From positions 1 through 17,522 of the forward strand of contig JBFFUI010000041.1 of NCBI GenBank assembly GCA_041571435.1: a stretch of 17,522 nucleotides of DNA, in the 5' to 3' direction. Source of the stretch: Sulfurimonadaceae bacterium (GTDB lineage Bacteria; Campylobacterota; Campylobacteria; Campylobacterales; Sulfurimonadaceae). The notes under the pieces are model-generated. The model was given only the letters and a program-made list of their open reading frames with translations, did not search any database and had not been told where the DNA came from. Of this stretch, positions 16,707 through 17,522 are shown one piece after another. The first letter of the stretch is position 1. Every line of letters begins with the position of its first letter. The translations under genes were made by a program, and so were the position numbers.

Positions 16707-17400
16707 AACAGTAACACTCCTCTAGATTTCCCTCTTTGCCGCTCAAGGTTGATGGTGCATGGTGTACCAGCTTCCATCCCAGGGCCTGTGTTGCCTCTTC
16801 AAAGGCTGTTTTAGCACTCTCTATCGCTTTTTCGTCTACAACAACGCCGTTACTGTCACGCTTGACATCTTTGCCCACCTCAAACTGTGGTTTAAAAAGC
16901 AGGATGATCCATTTTTGACTCAACGCATCAACTGACTCCAAAATATGGTGCAGCGAGATGAACGAGACGTCACTGGTGACAAGGTCATACTTGGCCTGTC
17001 GTGGATAGTCGCGGATATCCATCTTCTCAAAGCTGATCACCCGATTGTCGTCGAGCAGTTTCTGGTGAAGCTGTCCCTGTCCAACATCCACACAGGTGAC
17101 CGAAGCAGCTCCCTCTTCCAAAAGCACCTGTGTAAACCCCCCTGTACTTGCACCGATGTCAAGGACCTTAAGGCCTTTGACACTAAACGGAAGCGACGGT
17201 AAAAAACCTTTCAGCTTATGAGCTGCTCTGGAGACATAGATCATCTCGTCTGCAATCTCTACCTTTTCGTCGGTGACCTTGAAGGAAGGCTTTGTGACGG
17301 GCTTGCCGTTGACACTGACCTTGCGCGCTTTGATTAGGGTCTGCGCCTTGGTCCTTGAATCAACAAATCCCTCTTCGACCAGATATTGATCCAAACGCAT
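16693..17400 (-). CDS. tlyA: TlyA family rRNA (cytidine-2'-O)-methyltransferase
   Basis: N-terminal S4 domain MRLD.YL...SR.KA..LI....V, then YVSRAAHKL, LDIGASTGGFT, DVSFISL, KPQFE and GKEGNLE. Confidence 0.96.
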   Translation of the reverse strand: MRLDQYLVEEGFVDSRTKAQTLIKARKVSVNGKPVTKPSFKVTDEKVEIADEMIYVSRAAHKLKGFLPSLPFSVKGLKVLDIGASTGGFTQVLLEEGAASVTCVDVGQGQLHQKLLDDNRVISFEKMDIRDYPRQAKYDLVTSDVSFISLHHILESVDALSQKWIILLFKPQFEVGKDVKRDSNGVVVDEKAIESAKTAFEEATQALGWKLVHHAPSTLSGKEGNLEECYCFEKC

Positions 17401-17522
17401 TAAAACTGTACCTCTATATTAGCATAAGCGGAGCTCAGTTCCATATTGTACTGCTGCGCAACCAGACCGCCGTTATCCAGCTGATCCAGCGTAAAGTAGT
17501 AACGGCGATAACCGATGTTCAG
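17400..17522 (-). CDS. 3' end (partial) of probable outer-membrane beta-barrel protein
   Basis: Manual translation LNIGYRRYYFTLDQLDNGGLVAQQYNMELSSAYANIEVQF*. Alternating beta-strand pattern with terminal Phe. The TAA stop overlaps the tlyA ATG. Confidence 0.6.
   Translation of the reverse strand: MNIGYRRYYFTLDQLDNGGLVAQQYNMELSSAYANIEVQF

Noticed and set aside
135-17202. Numerous 60-150 aa antisense or out-of-frame ORFs in the track (e.g. 855-1235, 5130-5585, 13361-13795)
   Set aside because: They are shadow ORFs overlapping well-supported genes, with no recognisable motifs.
1-17522. CRISPR arrays, tRNA/rRNA genes, IS elements or riboswitches (TPP near thiE, FMN near ribF)
   Set aside because: No regularly spaced repeats, cloverleaf or transposase-like ORFs were seen. 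thiE and ribF have essentially no 5' intergenic space for a riboswitch.

Overview
This is a chromosomal window from a Campylobacterota bacterium, probably Sulfurimonas/Sulfurovum-like, inferred from the stand-alone atpB, the tlyA-ribF and gatB...gpsA linkage, and TGnTAnAAT promoters. The left part holds the 3' end of an ABC-F ATPase, a Zn-ribbon SAM methyltransferase, a hypothetical gene, a Dabb protein, cardiolipin synthase and an EEP-family gene. Most of the rest is a long minus-strand run: OM beta-barrel (partial), tlyA, ribF, atpB, a small membrane protein, an accessory cassette, a thiE-family gene, gatB, a 6TM K+ channel, a stand-alone RCK protein, gpsA and an SLC13 permease. The notable element is a ~4.2-kb five-gene cassette (10605-14755) between the atpB-linked membrane gene and thiE. 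It encodes an HPr-kinase-like kinase, a 65-aa peptide, a secreted 7-blade FG-GAP protein, a lipoprotein and a stand-alone PqqD/RRE protein. The peptide carries both a twin-arginine motif (RRAFIK) and an RRE-type leader motif (YVAPTL..LG), and the lipoprotein's C-tail echoes it. The cassette has no lasso cyclase, leader peptidase or ABC exporter, which suggests a non-lasso, possibly Tat-exported phosphopeptide/RiPP-like surface system. No RNA genes, CRISPR arrays or mobile-element genes were recognised.
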